DNA of 64,000 nucleotides from an uncultured Gammaproteobacteria bacterium (GTDB lineage Bacteria; Pseudomonadota; Gammaproteobacteria; CAYTUN01): NCBI GenBank assembly GCA_964441315.1, contig CAYTUN010000001.1, positions 12,807 to 76,806 of the forward strand, read 5' to 3'. Shown piece by piece: positions 61,684 to 64,000 of this stretch (position 1 is its first letter; each line of letters starts with the position of its first letter). The notes under the pieces were generated by a model. It saw only the letters and a program-made list of their open reading frames with translations, ran no database searches and was not told where the DNA came from. The position numbers and the translations under genes were made by a program.

Positions 61684-63255
61684 ATGGTGACAAAAGACAG
61701 CAATGAAACATTAGAAAAATTCGCGGCTGCCACAAACAAGAAAGTTTTGTGGTCACAAGCGGATTTAGATGTTAAAGATCGCCTGATGACAGAAATGATC
61801 CCTTGGTGCAAACGCCAAGGTGACATCGCCGTATTAGAACGCGGCGACATTCTTGCTTCCAACCCCAGCTCCCGTGCGGTACAAAACTGCAAAATTGTGA
61901 TGATTAACAAGAGCTTACGACCGGGACGCGTGTTAGCCGCAACGCAAAATCTGATTAATATCCTACTGGCCAACGCACCCGATGTAGAGTTTAAAACTCA
62001 CATCAGCAGTAATGAAAACGTTTCAGTTCAGCAACAGCGGCTGCGTAGCTTGGTAAAAGAAGCTTTACAAGTCAAGGCAAGCGATATTCACATTGAAGTA
62101 CGCGGCCCTCGCGCCTGCATCCGCTTTCGCAAACATGGCGAACTATATCTTTATGCGGAGTGGCTACCCAATGTCGCCCGTGAAATTGCCTCGGTTGCCT
62201 TTAACAAAGAAACTGATCATGCCGGTACACACTTCAATCCGATGGTCCCACAAAATGCCTCCATGCCGCTGCATATTGAAGGCCGCGAAGTGCGTTTGCG
62301 TTTAGCTAGTTTGCCGGCGCACACCGGCTTTGACATGGTGATGCGGATACTGGATACCGACAATCAAAGCGTTCCCGATTTGCAAGAATTGGGCTACAGC
62401 CAACGCCAATTTGACTTGATCAAAAAAGCCGTTTTACTGCCTCACGGCGCTATTATTGTCTCTGGCCCCACGGGTTCTGGTAAAACCACAACGCTCGCCA
62501 GCTGCATGAAAATGGTCGATAGTGACCGGAAAATTTACACGATTGAAGACCCTATCGAAAAATTAATCAGCAATGCGACGCAGGTCCCTGTGAATACCGA
62601 CCACGTCGAACGGGATTTCGCCAGCATGGGCCGCTCGGCACTGCGTATGGACCCCGACATCATTGTTCTCGGTGAAATGCGTGACGAAGATACCGCCAGC
62701 GTGATGGTGCGTGCTTCCATCACTGGCCACTTGGTGTTTTCCACGCTGCATACCAACACTGCGACTGCTATTGTGACACGCCTGCATGACATGGGAATTA
62801 GCCTGGGTTTACTTTCAGACCCCAACTTGCTGGCCTGCTTGATCTGCCAACGTTTGGTTCCCAAATTATGCGCAGCTTGCTCGGTCCCCATCGAACAATC
62901 CGCACCACACTTTGAGCGCTTGCCCCATTGGAAAGCTGTGTTTGGCGCCAAAGAACTCAGTAAATTCCGCGCCCGTGGCAGCAGCTGCGATACTTGTAAA
63001 GGCCTGGGCATCAGCGGCCGTACTGTTGTCGCTGAGATCATCTGGGTTGATGAAAGCAGCCGCCATTTTATTCAAAAAGGCGATGTTTTAGGTTGGGAAA
63101 AATATCTGCGCACTCACGGCTGGACCACCTACCGCGATCAGGCTCTAAACCTGGTTAAACAGGGTATCTGTGATATTCTGGACGCTGAAAAAGTCGTCGG
63201 TCAATTTAATCCGGCGAACCTGGAACAAACTTTTGACTACAGCACACTGGATTAA
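61684..63255 (+). CDS. GspE/PilB-family secretion/pilus ATPase with divergent N-terminal domain
   Basis: Walker A GPTGSGKTT, Asp box, Walker B DPDIIVLGEMRD, His box GHLVFSTLHTN, tetracysteine CAAC…CDTC; the N-terminal 120 aa are unlike GSPII_E_N. Confidence 0.85.
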   Translation: MVTKDSNETLEKFAAATNKKVLWSQADLDVKDRLMTEMIPWCKRQGDIAVLERGDILASNPSSRAVQNCKIVMINKSLRPGRVLAATQNLINILLANAPDVEFKTHISSNENVSVQQQRLRSLVKEALQVKASDIHIEVRGPRACIRFRKHGELYLYAEWLPNVAREIASVAFNKETDHAGTHFNPMVPQNASMPLHIEGREVRLRLASLPAHTGFDMVMRILDTDNQSVPDLQELGYSQRQFDLIKKAVLLPHGAIIVSGPTGSGKTTTLASCMKMVDSDRKIYTIEDPIEKLISNATQVPVNTDHVERDFASMGRSALRMDPDIIVLGEMRDEDTASVMVRASITGHLVFSTLHTNTATAIVTRLHDMGISLGLLSDPNLLACLICQRLVPKLCAACSVPIEQSAPHFERLPHWKAVFGAKELSKFRARGSSCDTCKGLGISGRTVVAEIIWVDESSRHFIQKGDVLGWEKYLRTHGWTTYRDQALNLVKQGICDILDAEKVVGQFNPANLEQTFDYSTLD

Positions 63256-63266
63256 AGATACACAAT

Positions 63267-64000
63267 ATGGCTCTTGATCTAGAAACACGCCTTTATAAAT
63301 TATTATTCAGCCGCGCAGAACAGCAATCTTTTTTGGAAGATTTGTGTTTGCTGGTTGAGGATGGCATTCCGGTCAACCAGGCCGTCAGCACAATACACCA
63401 GATTGCAAAAGGCCCACTCAAGCCAATGACTAAACACTTACTAGAGCAGATTGCTCAAGGACGCAATGTGGCCGATGGCTTGATTGGCTGGTTTCCTCCG
63501 ACCACCGTGGAGATCATTCGCGCCGGTGAGGAAGGTGGCAAATTAGTTGAAACCATACAAAACGCGTCCAAGGCGCTTGCGGTACGCGGCAACATTCTAA
63601 GCTCCTTGCTGGGATCATTACTTTATCCTACTGCCGTTTTATTACTCGCGTTTGCAGTCACCGTGTTTATCCGCAATTCTGTTTTTGTTAACTTTACTCA
63701 GATTCGTCCACTAGAAGAATGGCCCACTGCAGGAAAGCTGCTTTATCACTGGGCAACTTTTTTACAAGATTGGTGGTGGCTGATTTTATTGTTTATTCTG
63801 CTGATAGTTATATTGACAGTCGAAGTCTTACGTAATGTCACTGGCCCGGCTCGGCAATTGATTGATCGCATTCCCCTTTTATCACTGTATCGTTTAAACG
63901 CCGCAGCTCGCTTGATGGAAACTTTAGGGCTATTGATTTCCAATGGATTGGCTTTTAAAAAATCACTTTCCTTGTTACAAACAAGCGCTAGCCGTTATTT
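63267..64000 (+). CDS. GspF/PilC-like inner-membrane platform protein (partial, runs off the window)
   Basis: Not in the ORF track because it has no stop inside the window; ATG 12 nt after the ATPase stop; T2SSF-domain pattern (…VEIIRAGEEGGKL…) followed by TM helices. Confidence 0.7.
   Translation, partial: MALDLETRLYKLLFSRAEQQSFLEDLCLLVEDGIPVNQAVSTIHQIAKGPLKPMTKHLLEQIAQGRNVADGLIGWFPPTTVEIIRAGEEGGKLVETIQNASKALAVRGNILSSLLGSLLYPTAVLLLAFAVTVFIRNSVFVNFTQIRPLEEWPTAGKLLYHWATFLQDWWWLILLFILLIVILTVEVLRNVTGPARQLIDRIPLLSLYRLNAAARLMETLGLLISNGLAFKKSLSLLQTSASRY

Noticed and set aside
61684-63255. Calling the ATPase a canonical T2SS GspE or type IV pilus PilB
   Set aside because: The N-terminal domain does not match GSPII_E_N. 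The partner platform lacks the usual N-terminal extension, and the flanking genes (DUF2390, divergent secreted protein) are not the standard gsp/pil neighbours. It is left as GspE-family pending downstream sequence.

Overview
The window is a 64-kb chromosomal segment from an AT-rich gammaproteobacterium. The housekeeping genes run about 42-45% GC and many 'cargo' genes about 30% GC. Gene content and repeat content suggest a Legionellales-type (Coxiella/Legionella-like) intracellular organism, but that assignment is inference only. The conserved backbone is: dps; miaB-phoH(ybeZ)-ybeY // corC(ybeX)-lnt; a lipid-modification cluster (amine oxidase-DUF1365-CFA synthase-DUF1295-CFA-like methyltransferase-DJ-1/PfpI); an SDR, photolyase, lipocalin, epimerase and sdaA; pssA and LOG-PLD/cls-xseB-ispA-dxs; bioC-like, comF, dcd, mrp and metG-rnfB-nth; DUF1841, an OMP, pyrC, prx/ahpC, sodB, pgi and an RMD1-family gene. 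Four items stand out. (1) A roughly 10-kb low-GC insertion lies exactly between ybeY and corC. It carries two tandem genes of about 1670 aa each for alpha-helical proteins with no recognisable domains and Glu-containing C-terminal tails, which I read as secreted-effector-like. (2) A 244-aa five-TM protein ends in a eukaryotic CaaX prenylation box (…CCIIL*). (3) At the 3' end sits a divergent GspE/PilB-family ATPase plus a GspF/PilC-like platform, next to a DUF2390 gene and a divergently transcribed secreted protein. This is a possible non-canonical secretion or pilus module and is truncated by the window edge. (4) An orphan cytoplasmic PAS histidine kinase is translationally coupled to an unknown 392-aa protein. 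The intergenic space is saturated with at least five families of MITE/REP-like palindromic elements. Some are arranged as recurring composites, one carries an internal 19-20-bp tandem array, one family shows compensatory stem substitutions, and one supplies the stop codon of the photolyase gene. No rRNA, tRNA, CRISPR array or intact IS/transposase was seen.
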